Origin: Candidatus Bathyarchaeota archaeon
GTDB taxonomy: Archaea > Thermoproteota > Bathyarchaeia > 40CM-2-53-6
DNA length: 64,000 bases
NCBI GenBank assembly: GCA_963833125.1
Contig: CAWHWX010000016.1
Span: forward strand, 128,001-192,000
Direction: 5' to 3'
The notes under the pieces were generated by a model. That model did no database searches, had not been told where the DNA came from, and saw only the letters and a program-made list of their open reading frames with translations. Shown piece after piece: positions 20,264 to 30,772 of the stretch. Both the position numbers and the translations under genes were made by a program. Position 1 is the stretch's first letter, and each line of letters begins with the position of its first letter.

Positions 20264-20892
20264 TTAGCGGAATTTGTAGCTGAGTTTTCGCATCTTGTTC
20301 CTGATAGAAGTAGCACGTCCTTCTGCTCTAACTTTTCCGGACCTTATCCCGTCAAGTATGTCCTTTACCTCTCTGGACTTTGCATCGACTATGGTGTAAG
20401 CGTCTCCGATCGTTTGAGGAATGTGGGAATCACTGCTTCCCACCTGGGGAACTTTGAATTTGACGGAGTCTCTTGCGCAAGCCAGTTTGAAACATAGAAT
20501 GAGAGGGCATCGGCGTTCACGGTTTCAACCGCGTCCGGCCTGGTCTTCAAACGAGAGATTTTGACACACTTACTGACTGGGTCATATGGGTGAGGGACTA
20601 TGGCCACGCCGTCCTGATCATGTATCCTTTGAATTGTATCATCAGCTGATAGCCCAGGTTGTATCATTTCCCTTATGCCCAAGGCAATAATGTGCCCATC
20701 TCTCGAACTGATTTCCACTCCTGGTAAAATTATGGCATTGTCAAACTTGACCGGATCAAAGACGTTATGTTCCGTCACCGCCACGCCGTCTAGCCCTTTA
20801 CTCTTGATGATCGCAGGCAAGTCCTCGCGTTTTGTGTGGGCGTCGGAGGATCTAACTGTGTGAACGTGCAGGTCCAGTTTTAGTAAAGGCAT
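20264..20892 (-). CDS. PHP-domain metal-dependent hydrolase (frameshift near 20475)
   Basis: DLHVHT, TEHN, GVEIS and PHP motifs; GGSDSH in the second frame. Confidence 0.88.
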
Positions 20893-20904
20893 CGAAGAGC
20901 CTCA

Positions 20905-22581
20905 TTATGATTTAGAAGTGCTGATCTTATGGAATAAGGGGACGGGTTTGCCAATCTTATGCCCTGCTTCAACCTGAAGTTTGCCTGCATCCCACCAATT
21001 GTCCTTGACGTTCGTATCTAGGTTGAGCTGTTCGCGGATTCCTTTGGCAGTTTCTGGTAAGAACGGTGAAATTAGAGTCGCGATGCTGCCGACTAGTTGA
21101 GTTGCAAAGTAGAGTGTGGTCGCTGTCTTGATAGGGTCTGTTTTGATGAGGTGCCATGGCTCTCGTTCGCTTAGGTACTGGTTCCCAGCCCTTGCCAATT
21201 CTATTATTTGAGCTAGGCCTCCTCTTAACTGAAAATCATCGAGAAGAGATGCGATCTTCGATGGGGCTTCTTCAATCTTCTTCTTAATCGCCTCATCTTT
21301 CTCGTCGAGGGTATCAGGTTTGGGGACTACACCCTCGAATTGGTTATTCACAAATGTGAGCGTGCGGTGAACGAAATTTCCGAGTACATCATTCAGCTCG
21401 GAGTTAACGTGTGTTTCAAAGTCACGCCAGGTAAAATTAGCATCTCGGGCTTCCGGCCTTATTGCGATGAGTACATACCGCCAGTACTCGGCGGGCGCTA
21501 CCTTCAGCGCTTCGTCCATCCACACACCTATTTTGTTGCTTTTTGAGAATTTCTTGCCGTCAAATAGTATGAATTCGGTCGACGACACCTGCCAGGGCAG
21601 AACGTAAAGTTCGTGCGTTGCGAGTAGAAGCGCGGGGAAGATTATCACGTGGAACGGAATGTTATCCTTTCCAATGAAATGCACATTCCTCGTTCCTTGC
21701 GAGAACCAGTAATCCTTCCAAGCTTCCGGTTTACCAGATTTCTCCGCCCACTCTATAGAGGCAGACACGTAACCAAGCACGGCTTCTAACCAAACATAGA
21801 TTGTTTTTCCTTCAGCACCGGGGAAGGGGGCTGGGATCCCCCACTTATTATCACGTGTCAATGCACGGGGTTTCAATCCTTCCTCGAGCCATCTCAACGA
21901 AAAGTTTCGTGCGTTCTCTGGTAACTGTTTGTTCTCTTTGACGGCGGTGTATAGCTTGTCCCGGAACTTTGGTAGGTCGAAAAACCAGTGGGTTGACGAT
22001 TTTATCGTCGGCGTATTACCGCAGAACACACATCGCGGCTTTACCAGTTCAAGCGGGTCTAGAACTCGGCCACAAGAGTCGCATTGGTCTCCTCTCGCGT
22101 TTTCGTAGCCACAGTGTGGGCAAGTTCCCTCTACGAATCGGTCGGGGAGAAATCTTTGGTCGGTTTCGCAATAAGGTAGGTTGACATTTTGAGTGTAGAT
22201 GTATCCGTTCTCGTACACCTTCCTATACAATTCCTGAGTATAGCGAATGTGCACTGGATTTTCGGTTCGGGTATAGTTGTCTAATCGAATGTTGTATGCT
22301 TCTAGAAGTTGGAGGATCTGATTGTGTATTTGATCCGTCAATTGTTTCGGCGGAACACCCTTCCTGATTGCCTCAACCTCGATTGGTGTCCCATGCTCAT
22401 CCGAACCGGTGACGGCTATGACTTCGTCGCCTTTGAGGCGTAGGTATCTTGCGTACACGTCAGCGCTTAGCAGGTGAATGAATGTGCCTAGGTGGGGAAC
22501 GGAATTAACGTAGGGCCAAGCAGAATTGACTATCCATCGTGTCAATCGTTCTCGTCTCCATTCGGGGCAATTGCATGCCAA
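20905..22581 (-). CDS. metG: Methionyl-tRNA synthetase (short form, no C-terminal EMAP domain)
   Basis: PYVNSVPHLG (HIGH), zinc-knuckle cysteines, GKDNIPFH and KFSKS. Confidence 0.97.
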   Translation of the reverse strand: MACNCPEWRRERLTRWIVNSAWPYVNSVPHLGTFIHLLSADVYARYLRLKGDEVIAVTGSDEHGTPIEVEAIRKGVPPKQLTDQIHNQILQLLEAYNIRLDNYTRTENPVHIRYTQELYRKVYENGYIYTQNVNLPYCETDQRFLPDRFVEGTCPHCGYENARGDQCDSCGRVLDPLELVKPRCVFCGNTPTIKSSTHWFFDLPKFRDKLYTAVKENKQLPENARNFSLRWLEEGLKPRALTRDNKWGIPAPFPGAEGKTIYVWLEAVLGYVSASIEWAEKSGKPEAWKDYWFSQGTRNVHFIGKDNIPFHVIIFPALLLATHELYVLPWQVSSTEFILFDGKKFSKSNKIGVWMDEALKVAPAEYWRYVLIAIRPEARDANFTWRDFETHVNSELNDVLGNFVHRTLTFVNNQFEGVVPKPDTLDEKDEAIKKKIEEAPSKIASLLDDFQLRGGLAQIIELARAGNQYLSEREPWHLIKTDPIKTATTLYFATQLVGSIATLISPFLPETAKGIREQLNLDTNVKDNWWDAGKLQVEAGHKIGKPVPLFHKISTSKS

Positions 22582-22737
22582 GGAAGGATGTTTGGTCCTC
22601 TACTGCCCGTCGGATTGTTGGCGGTTAGTTTCTGCCCCTCCAAATGCATTCCCAACATTTGCGCATATCCACATTAACGTTTTCATCAAGGGGAATCAAC
22701 AAATATGGCTCTTCATATGGTTCCCTAGGAATTAATC

Positions 22738-23148
22738 TTGAGCACGGATTATGCGAAACTCCTGGATAGAGCGTATTCGAATCTTCCGAAGGCGGTAGGT
22801 ACTGGGGAGAGGTTCGAGATTCCGAGGGTTGTCGGAATCAGGATGGGGCGACGGACCATCATCCAGAATTTTGGCGATATAAGCAGTAAGATTAACCGTG
22901 ACCCACATCACCTGCTAAAGTTTCTTTCTAGGGAGTTGGCTACTGCAGCGTCCTTGGATGGTGCCAGAGCTATCTTCCAGGGGAGGTTCGACGTGCAAAC
23001 TGTCACGAGGCTCCTCAACATTTATGCTAAGAGATTCGTAATCTGCCCAATTTGCAATAGGCCGGATACCAAGGTTGAGAAGGAGGGGCGTTTCCTATTC
23101 CTTCGTTGCGAGGCCTGTGGCGCTAGGTCTTCCATACTGCCCTTCTAG
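22738..23148 (+). CDS. eif2b: Translation initiation factor aIF-2 beta
   Basis: ERFEIP, TIIQNF and CPICNRPDT...CEACGA zinc finger. Confidence 0.96.
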   Translation: MSTDYAKLLDRAYSNLPKAVGTGERFEIPRVVGIRMGRRTIIQNFGDISSKINRDPHHLLKFLSRELATAASLDGARAIFQGRFDVQTVTRLLNIYAKRFVICPICNRPDTKVEKEGRFLFLRCEACGARSSILPF

Positions 23149-23150
23149 GA

Positions 23151-23459
23151 GTGTCTCCTCTGACTGAGGTCTTCGTTAGGATCTTCAAAGACGCGAAGCA
23201 CACCTTGGTTGCGGCGTGTGATTCAGAACTTCTCGGCGAGACTTTCCGAGAAGGAAAACTGAAACTCGAAGTCAAACCAGATTTCTACGGAGGAAGCCGC
23301 ACAACTATCGGCGAAGCTCTAGCGGCCATAGATACTGCCGACATCGCGAACCTTGTCGGAGAAACCATTGTGCAAGCTGCAGTTCAGCAAAGCCTCGTTG
23401 ATCCAACCGCAATCCTCCATATCAGCGGCGTCCCGCATGTGCAGATCGTCAAAATGTGA
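23151..23459 (+). CDS. DUF424 family protein
   Basis: LVAACDSELLG, FYGG and ANLVG motifs; conserved position next to aIF-2beta. Confidence 0.9.
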   Translation: MSPLTEVFVRIFKDAKHTLVAACDSELLGETFREGKLKLEVKPDFYGGSRTTIGEALAAIDTADIANLVGETIVQAAVQQSLVDPTAILHISGVPHVQIVKM

Positions 23460-23573
23460 CGCAAGTTTCACGATTGAATGGGCGCTACTGAGCCAAAGTA
23501 AGGTTCCAGAACGCTCGATTAATATGCTTATTTAGTGTCCTGAGTTATTAGCAGAATAAAATCGGTGGAATGT

Positions 23574-23879
23574 GTGGGCAAGAAAAAGGTCCTGAGCGAA
23601 GGAGATCTCAGGGAAATGGTCATGCCTGGTGAGGGGCAGATGTTTGGTGTCGTAACTCAGATGCTAGGTTATGACCGACTAATGGTGAAATGTGCGGACG
23701 GTCACGAGAGAGTGTGCCGTATTAGGGGTAAAATGAAGCGTCGGGTGTGGATTAAGGTCGGAGATACCGTACTTGTGGCGCCTTGGGACTTCCAAGTAGA
23801 CACAAGGGGCGACATTCTCTGGCGATATACGGAAAGCCAGGCCAACTGGCTCCGCAACCAAGGGCGCATCCTCGCTTAG
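23574..23879 (+). CDS. eif1a: Translation initiation factor aIF-1A
   Basis: CRIRGKMKRRVWI..GD.VLV.PWDFQ. Confidence 0.97.
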   Translation: MGKKKVLSEGDLREMVMPGEGQMFGVVTQMLGYDRLMVKCADGHERVCRIRGKMKRRVWIKVGDTVLVAPWDFQVDTRGDILWRYTESQANWLRNQGRILA

Positions 23880-23896
23880 ATTCCCAGGTGTCTTAG

Positions 23897-24695
23897 ATGG
23901 AATCGTTGGCTGAGCGAAAGCTACGGAGAAAGGTCGTCCATTATGAAACAAAGCGGTTGATGAGGGATAAGCGCAGCGAGGAAATGGAATCCCTCGAACA
24001 AGTGTTCGACCGGTCCACGCTCATGATCGTCTACCGCCTAATGAATCCGCGGTTACATCAAAAACATCAATGGCGTAGTCCGCTCTGGAAAGGAGTCCCG
24101 GCTATACTGGGGTGTCGGCAGACGAAGAAAGCTAGTGGCGATCAAGATCTTCTTGACTACTTCAGCCGAATTCTTGAAAGGCAGAATGATGTACATCCAA
24201 GGGGATGAAAGGTTCAAGAGCACGAGAAGAGACACCCGTTCATTAGTCAACCTATGGGCGTTGAAGGAATTCCGGAACCTTCAGCAAGCGGCCCAAGTGG
24301 GTATACGCGTCCCAACCCCATTGAAAGTTGAAGGGAACGTACTGCTGATGGAATTCATTGGCAAAAACGGAGAGCCCGCACCATTGCTAAGAGAAAGCCC
24401 CTTAGATCATCCCGCTCGAGTGTACGACAAGATAGCCGAAGCCATCAAGACCCTTTACCAAAAAGCACACCTGGTTCACGGCGACCTGAGTGAGTACAAC
24501 ATAATGATTGTCGATCGTAGCCCAATAATCTTCGATTTCGCTCAGGCGGTAACGATTGAGCATCCTATGGCGCAAAGTTTTCTCGAAAGAGATCTGCTTC
24601 GAATGAACGGATATTTCTCAAAGATTGGCGTAATCGTACCTCCGATCGAACGGTTAACGAAATGGGTGACAGGCGAAGATGTCGACAAGAATTAG
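23897..24695 (+). CDS. rio1: RIO1 serine kinase (frameshift near 24047)
   Basis: SGKES, AIKIF, WALKEFRNL, LVHGDLSEYNI and DFAQAV. Confidence 0.93.
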
Positions 24696-25251
24696 CACGA
24701 CGATTCCGAGCGAGCGTATGGGCGTCCTAATTGGAAGAGACGGGTCGACAAAAGCAAGCATTGAGAACACCTTCAAGGTGAGGCTTCTCGTTCAAAGTGA
24801 AAGCGGCGTGGTCGAGATCGTTCCACGCGAAGACTCGGATGATCCAACAACCATTCTGCGGGCCCGAGATGTAGTCATCGCTATTGCGAGAGGCTTTTCA
24901 CCAGAACGCGCGCTTACGCTAGCCGACGACGACATCGTTCTGGACATTATCGATCTGCGGGAGACTTTCGGGAAAAATGACCGGGACATCTCGCGTCTGA
25001 AAGGGCGCGTCATAGGTCGCGAGGGAAAGATTCGCAGACTACTGGAGGAGATGACGGACGCGAAAGTATCGGTCTACGGACATACGATCTCTATGATCGG
25101 GGACTACGAGACGGTCACTGCTGCAAGAGAAGCAATAGAACTCCTACTGAAAGGCAAACAGCATTCCACCGTGTACAAATTGCTTAGAAAGATAAAGAGC
25201 GAAAGCAAAAAGAGAGAAACCCTTGAGCTGTGGCAAAAGCCACCCACTTAA
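24679..25251 (+). CDS. KH-domain rRNA processing protein (Dim2/Pno1)
   Basis: LIGRDG, AIARGFSPE, GRVIGREG and G..HSTVY. Confidence 0.94.
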   Translation: MSTRISTTIPSERMGVLIGRDGSTKASIENTFKVRLLVQSESGVVEIVPREDSDDPTTILRARDVVIAIARGFSPERALTLADDDIVLDIIDLRETFGKNDRDISRLKGRVIGREGKIRRLLEEMTDAKVSVYGHTISMIGDYETVTAAREAIELLLKGKQHSTVYKLLRKIKSESKKRETLELWQKPPT

Positions 25252-25308
25252 CATGCGTCACCCATCATCAGCTTTATTCTACACGTACGCAAAGGTAGTC
25301 GAACCCTA

Positions 25309-26859
25309 ATGGCGCTTCAAGAAGTATTCCAGGAAATCTCAGCGGCAGACTTCTTCTACAGAAACCGGGACATCGCAGGGTTCACAAACCCAACTCGAGC
25401 TATCTACTCAACTATCCGTGAACTAGTTGAGAACTCTCTTGATGCGTGCGAAACAAAGCAGATCCCGCCCGAAATATACCTGCGAATTTCACATGAATCA
25501 GGCGCTACCGATGGGCCTGGCATTTACCGCGTCCACATCGAAGACAATGGAATTGGCATACCACATGACATAATTCCATCCGCGTTCGGTCAGGTACTTT
25601 TCGGCTCAAAGTACAAACTTCGGCAGACCCGAGGCACTTTCGGCTTGGGCGGAAAGATGGCGATTCTCTACGGCCAAATCACAACTCACGGCGCGGCCAC
25701 AATCATGTCGAGCACCGGACCGACGAAGATCCATCAATACGACTTGATGATTGACATCCAAAAGAACAAACCCGTCGTTCTGAAACATAAGACGCATCCG
25801 AATGAAAATAGGTGGCATGGAGCCGTAATCGAATTCTCAACCGAGGCAGATTATACCCGTGCAATGTCAAAGATTCTAGATTACCTAATGGCGACGGCGA
25901 TCGTCGCCCCATACGCCACTTTGACTTACGTCGACCCAAGGGGGAGGCTGTACAGGTTCGATCGAGTTACAACTCAGATGCCGAAACCACCTGAAGAAAC
26001 CCTGCCCCATCCACACGGGGTTGACGTTGAAACAATGAATCGCCTAATCGAACTAACAACTCAACGAACGCTCGTAGGTTTCATGAGAACCCACTTCCAT
26101 AGGGTTGGGAGAACAATCGCCACCTCCTTCCTCCTACAAGTAAACTTACCGACGAGGAAGAATCCAAAAAAACTGGCACCCGAAGAAATAGTCACTCTAG
26201 TCAACGGGATGAAGAATTACAAGTTCTTGGCTCCTGACGCTAGCTGTCTTTCCCCCCTTGGCGAGGAATTGTTGGAAGCTGGAATCAGGAAGGAGCTGTC
26301 TCCTGAATTCGTAGCTGTGTACCAGCGGAAACCCTCCGCATACTCGGGTTTCCCATTCATCGTAGAAGTTGGGGTAGCTTATGGCGGACAGATTGAGGCC
26401 GGTGGAGGAATCAAACTCTTCAGATTCGCCAACAAGATTCCTCTGCTCTTTGATGAGGCGAGCGACGTTTCATGGAAGGTGGTCAACACGGAAGTCGATT
26501 GGAAGCATTACAAGGCTACTTCCGAGATGCCGATTGCGGTTTTCGTTCACATCTGTTCCACTAAAGTCCCATACAAGAGCGTTGGCAAGGAATTCATCGC
26601 GGACAGGCCTGATGTTGAGCGCGAGATACTAAACGCGTTGCGTGAGGTCGCTCGCCAGCTGTCATTATTCCTATCGAAGAAGATCAACATCGCCCACGAT
26701 AAGCATAGGCTTGACGTATTCCAAAAGTACCTGCCCAAGATTGCTTCGTTCTCTACCAAGCTTGCTGGAAAGAGCAAGCAACCCGATGTATCACCGTTAC
26801 TGAGGAGTGTGTTGAGATTTGAAAAGGAAGACAGCGAAGAAGACATCGAAGACGCCTAG
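25309..26859 (+). CDS. top6B: DNA topoisomerase VI subunit B
   Basis: RELVENSLDA, EDNGIGI, RGTFGLG (GHKL ATPase) and RFANKIPL. Confidence 0.98.
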   Translation: MALQEVFQEISAADFFYRNRDIAGFTNPTRAIYSTIRELVENSLDACETKQIPPEIYLRISHESGATDGPGIYRVHIEDNGIGIPHDIIPSAFGQVLFGSKYKLRQTRGTFGLGGKMAILYGQITTHGAATIMSSTGPTKIHQYDLMIDIQKNKPVVLKHKTHPNENRWHGAVIEFSTEADYTRAMSKILDYLMATAIVAPYATLTYVDPRGRLYRFDRVTTQMPKPPEETLPHPHGVDVETMNRLIELTTQRTLVGFMRTHFHRVGRTIATSFLLQVNLPTRKNPKKLAPEEIVTLVNGMKNYKFLAPDASCLSPLGEELLEAGIRKELSPEFVAVYQRKPSAYSGFPFIVEVGVAYGGQIEAGGGIKLFRFANKIPLLFDEASDVSWKVVNTEVDWKHYKATSEMPIAVFVHICSTKVPYKSVGKEFIADRPDVEREILNALREVARQLSLFLSKKINIAHDKHRLDVFQKYLPKIASFSTKLAGKSKQPDVSPLLRSVLRFEKEDSEEDIEDA

Positions 26860-27928
26860 CCGAATCGAAGAGAAGAAGCGCGTAGTGCTGAATACACTAA
26901 AGGATCTTGGTGAACAAGTTTACGCGCAACTCTCAGAGAAGCAATGGCCCTCAATCCGCATGCCCAGCCGATCGATCAACAACATCCACTATGATCAACA
27001 GACTCGACAATACATTCTCGGCGATCACTACGTAAAACGTAGTGCACGCAACATCAGGCATGTCCGGCCATTAACCCAGCTTGTCTGGACTGGTTCGTTC
27101 GTCGACCAACTCACCAGCGAAGGAAAAACATCAACCCTTCGAGACGTTTTCTATTCGGCACAAGCGTATGAGATGAGCTTCACTGATCAGGCTGAAAGCG
27201 ACGACATAATCACTGATCTAGAAACCGTAATTGGCCACTCTAGGGAGGATTTCAACGTCTTCCCCGAGGAACGAAGCGCAATATTCGGCGACCTAACAAT
27301 CCGATATACCGTGCGAGGTTACGAGGGCAAGGAGCTCAACCTTGCGTCCCATCCCGACGGGATGATGATAGGCCCAGCCCTTACGAACGCGGAATTTGCT
27401 GATTGCAATGCTGATAAGATCATAGCCATCGAAAAAGGCGGTCTATTCACTCGTTTCATTGAAGAGAGGGTGCATGAGAAGTACAAAGCACTGCTAATTC
27501 ACACAGCGGGCCAAGCTCCGCGTGCAACTCGGTCGCTCATCAGGCGAATGAACAAAGAGCTGAAACTTCCTTGTTACATATTCTGTGACGCAGATCCTTG
27601 GGGAATGCACATTGCTAACGTAATAATCTCAGGCTCCGCGAATGCCGCGCACCTTCGAGATCTAAACACACCAGACGCGAAATGGTGCGGAGTTTGGGCC
27701 TCGGATATCGTCGATTACAAACTCCCAAGCGATCCATTAACTGATCTTGACATAAAACGCCTCTATGAGCTTGACAAAGATCCACGATACGATGGGAAGC
27801 TTTGGAAGAAGGAGATCCAGTCTTTCCTGAAATACAAACGCAAGGCAGAGCAGGAGGCCTTCAGCCGTTACGGCCTCGCCTACATAGTTGACAAGTATCT
27901 ACCCGCGAAATTGAAGGAGATGAGTTGA
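26819..27928 (+). CDS. top6A: DNA topoisomerase VI subunit A
   Basis: TLRDVFY (catalytic Tyr), IEK, DADPWG Toprim motif and KAEQEA. Confidence 0.98.
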   Translation: MKRKTAKKTSKTPSRIEEKKRVVLNTLKDLGEQVYAQLSEKQWPSIRMPSRSINNIHYDQQTRQYILGDHYVKRSARNIRHVRPLTQLVWTGSFVDQLTSEGKTSTLRDVFYSAQAYEMSFTDQAESDDIITDLETVIGHSREDFNVFPEERSAIFGDLTIRYTVRGYEGKELNLASHPDGMMIGPALTNAEFADCNADKIIAIEKGGLFTRFIEERVHEKYKALLIHTAGQAPRATRSLIRRMNKELKLPCYIFCDADPWGMHIANVIISGSANAAHLRDLNTPDAKWCGVWASDIVDYKLPSDPLTDLDIKRLYELDKDPRYDGKLWKKEIQSFLKYKRKAEQEAFSRYGLAYIVDKYLPAKLKEMS

Positions 27929-27936
27929 AAACTCAT

Positions 27937-28969
27937 CTAAGGCCGATCAGCGTTCGCTGAAACCAATTCACCTTCGTCGGAGATTGCATACCTCTCCCAG
28001 GCAGTGGAATGTTTCGCTCCAACCATCTTAAGAACCCGAAGCGAGAGCGCCATCCCTTGGTCCTCCTCATCCACTTTAAGCTCGATAACACCGTCTACGA
28101 TGTCCTGTGCGGAGGCAACGATGGCTGGGTGAAACGCTTTCCTATTCATGGTGACTAGGCAAAGACATTTCGCCTGTCGTGTCCTCGCCACGAGGACGCG
28201 CAAGAATTCGATCGCTGAATGGCCACCTCTCTTGCGTATCAAAGTGTTGAAGGAATCGACTACAATAAGGGAAACCTCACTACGCGACATCACATCTGAT
28301 ATTGCAATGCTAATGGCTGACAGGTTTTCTGGATCTACTGCATTCTGCTCTTCACTTTCCACACCGACCGTCTTAGAGTAGCAATCGACAAACACGAGGC
28401 TCGACCAGTCTACGTTTCCCTGGCTGGCATGTGTGTGAACGGTCTGGCGAATGTTGGGCGGGAAGTTATCCAAGGTAATGTATACTACGGTTTTTCCAGA
28501 TTCGATTTGGTGACCGACCAAGTGCGCCAAAAGATTTTCTGGCTCCAGCCCCTGGATCGCTGAGTAAGACGATAGTGCAAGTGGAAGGCAATCCGCCGGG
28601 AAGCAACTTGTCTATAATCTCCACGCCTGTATTGATCTTAGGAACCAGTTTTGCCTTGGTGCCGACCGATCCCTCGGGGGCAATTATTTCTCCTAGCGCG
28701 AGTTGCTTTGAAATGGCATCTTGTATTTCCTTATCGCGGTCCATTCCAAACGAATAAACTTCAACCTTCTTCAGAATTCCAAGTTCCACTAGATCCTCGA
28801 GTTCTCGCTGAACTTCAACGGGGTTCCGGCCGACCTTCTTTGCCAATCCCTCCGGCGTCTCAGATAGGTTCGCATTGTTATGGAAGAGCGTAAGAAGGTC
28901 TGCTTTCACATCAGTATCTAGCAAACGTTCGAAGAGTTTCATCGGGCGTTTTGCTATGGTCCGTTCCAC
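27937..28969 (-). CDS. Winged-HTH fused to a degenerate KaiC/RAD55-like ATPase (frameshift near 28530)
   Basis: N-terminal LA..VGR...V..ELEDLVELGIL HTH; TG...IDKLL.GG; degenerate P-loop SDPGAG; IVVDS and DGVIELK. Confidence 0.8.
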
Positions 28970-29105
28970 CTGAGGGGTAGATAATCGTACTATCGATAAC
29001 GGGAAAGGTTTCCGGATCGTACTTTAAAGTGGGTGACGGGTTGGATGATCGAGGAGACACGTTTCAGGCTAAACTCTATCAAGAAAAGTTGCACTTCTGA
29101 GTAAC

Positions 29106-29852
29106 TTATGTATCCTTCGCGTTGAGCCCGGAATGTTGGCCCCATTTACGAAATGACCGGAATATGCCGAGGGCGAGGATCGTCGAAAGTGCGACTATGA
29201 TTATTCTTTCTTCTGGATATAGGAAGAATATCAGGCGCCATATGTCTGCGAACTTCGTTGGAGTAAGCCCTCCTACAAACCCAACTACGAATTCGAACAG
29301 AAGGCCTCCCACAAGGTGTTGGGCCATCGTTCCTACAAACGCCAAGATTCCAATTGCTACGATCCCCACGAACCCACCTTTCCTAGACCAGGCGGGTATT
29401 CGCGACGCCGCAGGAGATAGCAGAACTAGAAGCGCAATTATGTGAAGCCAAACGTAGGGGATGTGATCGTACCCATACAGCAGGCTGTACGGACTTGCAA
29501 GAAATGCAACGAGGATGATAATGTAGCTTGCTTGGGCTATTCTGTGCCTCCCAGCCAATAGAAGTCCAGCGATGAATACGTTCGCTACGCCGGGAAGAAA
29601 ATCTAAACCCAGAAAGACGGGGGGTCTTATGGGATAAGCGATTATCGTTCCGACCAGAACTGAGATTGTGCCGCTCCAAAGCCCTGCGATCAGGGCAATC
29701 GAGGTTAATAGAAAATCTCCCGCCGTAAACTGTCCTGAGACCCCAATCATCGAAAACGTGGGCACGACACGTAGGATAAAGTAAACAATTGCTAATACGG
29801 CCGCCAAAGTGATTTGTCGAGTTCTCGTCGTACGCGGCTTAGGCACTTTCAC
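29106..29852 (-). CDS. ECF transporter S-component-like membrane protein
   Basis: About 7 TM helices with AAVLA..Y, G...GT and YP.ER patterns. Confidence 0.65.
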   Translation of the reverse strand: MKVPKPRTTRTRQITLAAVLAIVYFILRVVPTFSMIGVSGQFTAGDFLLTSIALIAGLWSGTISVLVGTIIAYPIRPPVFLGLDFLPGVANVFIAGLLLAGRHRIAQASYIIILVAFLASPYSLLYGYDHIPYVWLHIIALLVLLSPAASRIPAWSRKGGFVGIVAIGILAFVGTMAQHLVGGLLFEFVVGFVGGLTPTKFADIWRLIFFLYPEERIIIVALSTILALGIFRSFRKWGQHSGLNAKDT

Positions 29853-29864
29853 AAACGCAACCCA

Positions 29865-30731
29865 CTAGGCGAAGGACTTTACTGCCTCCGCAAATGCTTC
29901 GTAAGCTTTGCGGTCCGCATCGCGCGCAAACGAAGCTATGAAATAGTCAGTGTGTTCGCTTGTCATTGACCGCAACTGTCTCTTCATTTCGTCGATGATC
30001 GTAAGATTGCTCGAAGCCTGGTCCGTTCCGTCTACTTTTCCAGCCCACGATTTGACCAGGTCAGCGTAAGCGCGACCAACCTCATTACATTTTGCAATGA
30101 GATACTTCTCTCGTGCATCTAATTCCTTCTTGTCCACCCCCCAAGAGTTCCATCCGTCAGCAAGCTCGGCAACAACATCCAAAATCATTTTGTGCTTTCC
30201 ACCAATCCAAATCGGTGGCCCCGCTTCTTGTTTCGGTTTCGGCAAGCTCAGTGCATTCAATATCTCAATTGTCTTTCCTTTCACTGAGACCTTCTCCCCG
30301 GTCCACATGGCTCTCAAAATAAGGATCGTATCCCTCAAGCGATCTATTCTCTGGTCGAGGGGTGGAAAGGGATAACCATGAGTTTGCATTTCATGGGCAC
30401 TCAATCTATCGCCCGTTCCTAGTCCAACAATTAGCCTTCCGCCGCTAATGCAGTCTACTGTGCTTGTCATCTTTGCGAGTAATGCAGGATTTCGTAGGTT
30501 TACATTGGTAACTAAGCTACCAACCCTAATCTTCGACGTTCGTGCCGCGACCGCGGAGAGTAGAGTCCAACATTCCAATGCTCTACCCGAGCGAAGCCAG
30601 TATGGCGAGAGGTGGTCATACGCCCAAACACTATCGTACCCGAGGCTTTCGCATTCCTTCGCGATCTCTATGAGATGTTCCGGATCGGGAATATCCTGAG
30701 GAAGCTGGCAACCGAATTTAGGGCGCGGCAA
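29865..30731 (-). CDS. LLM-class (luciferase-like, probably F420-dependent) oxidoreductase
   Basis: GYDSVWAYDH, RNPALLAKM, SGGRL..GLG.G, PPIWIGG and ADGWN. Confidence 0.92.
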   Translation of the reverse strand: MPRPKFGCQLPQDIPDPEHLIEIAKECESLGYDSVWAYDHLSPYWLRSGRALECWTLLSAVAARTSKIRVGSLVTNVNLRNPALLAKMTSTVDCISGGRLIVGLGTGDRLSAHEMQTHGYPFPPLDQRIDRLRDTILILRAMWTGEKVSVKGKTIEILNALSLPKPKQEAGPPIWIGGKHKMILDVVAELADGWNSWGVDKKELDAREKYLIAKCNEVGRAYADLVKSWAGKVDGTDQASSNLTIIDEMKRQLRSMTSEHTDYFIASFARDADRKAYEAFAEAVKSFA

Positions 30732-30772
30732 ACGAAGCGCCTATGTAGACTGGTTGGATGCCTGTTTCGGGT

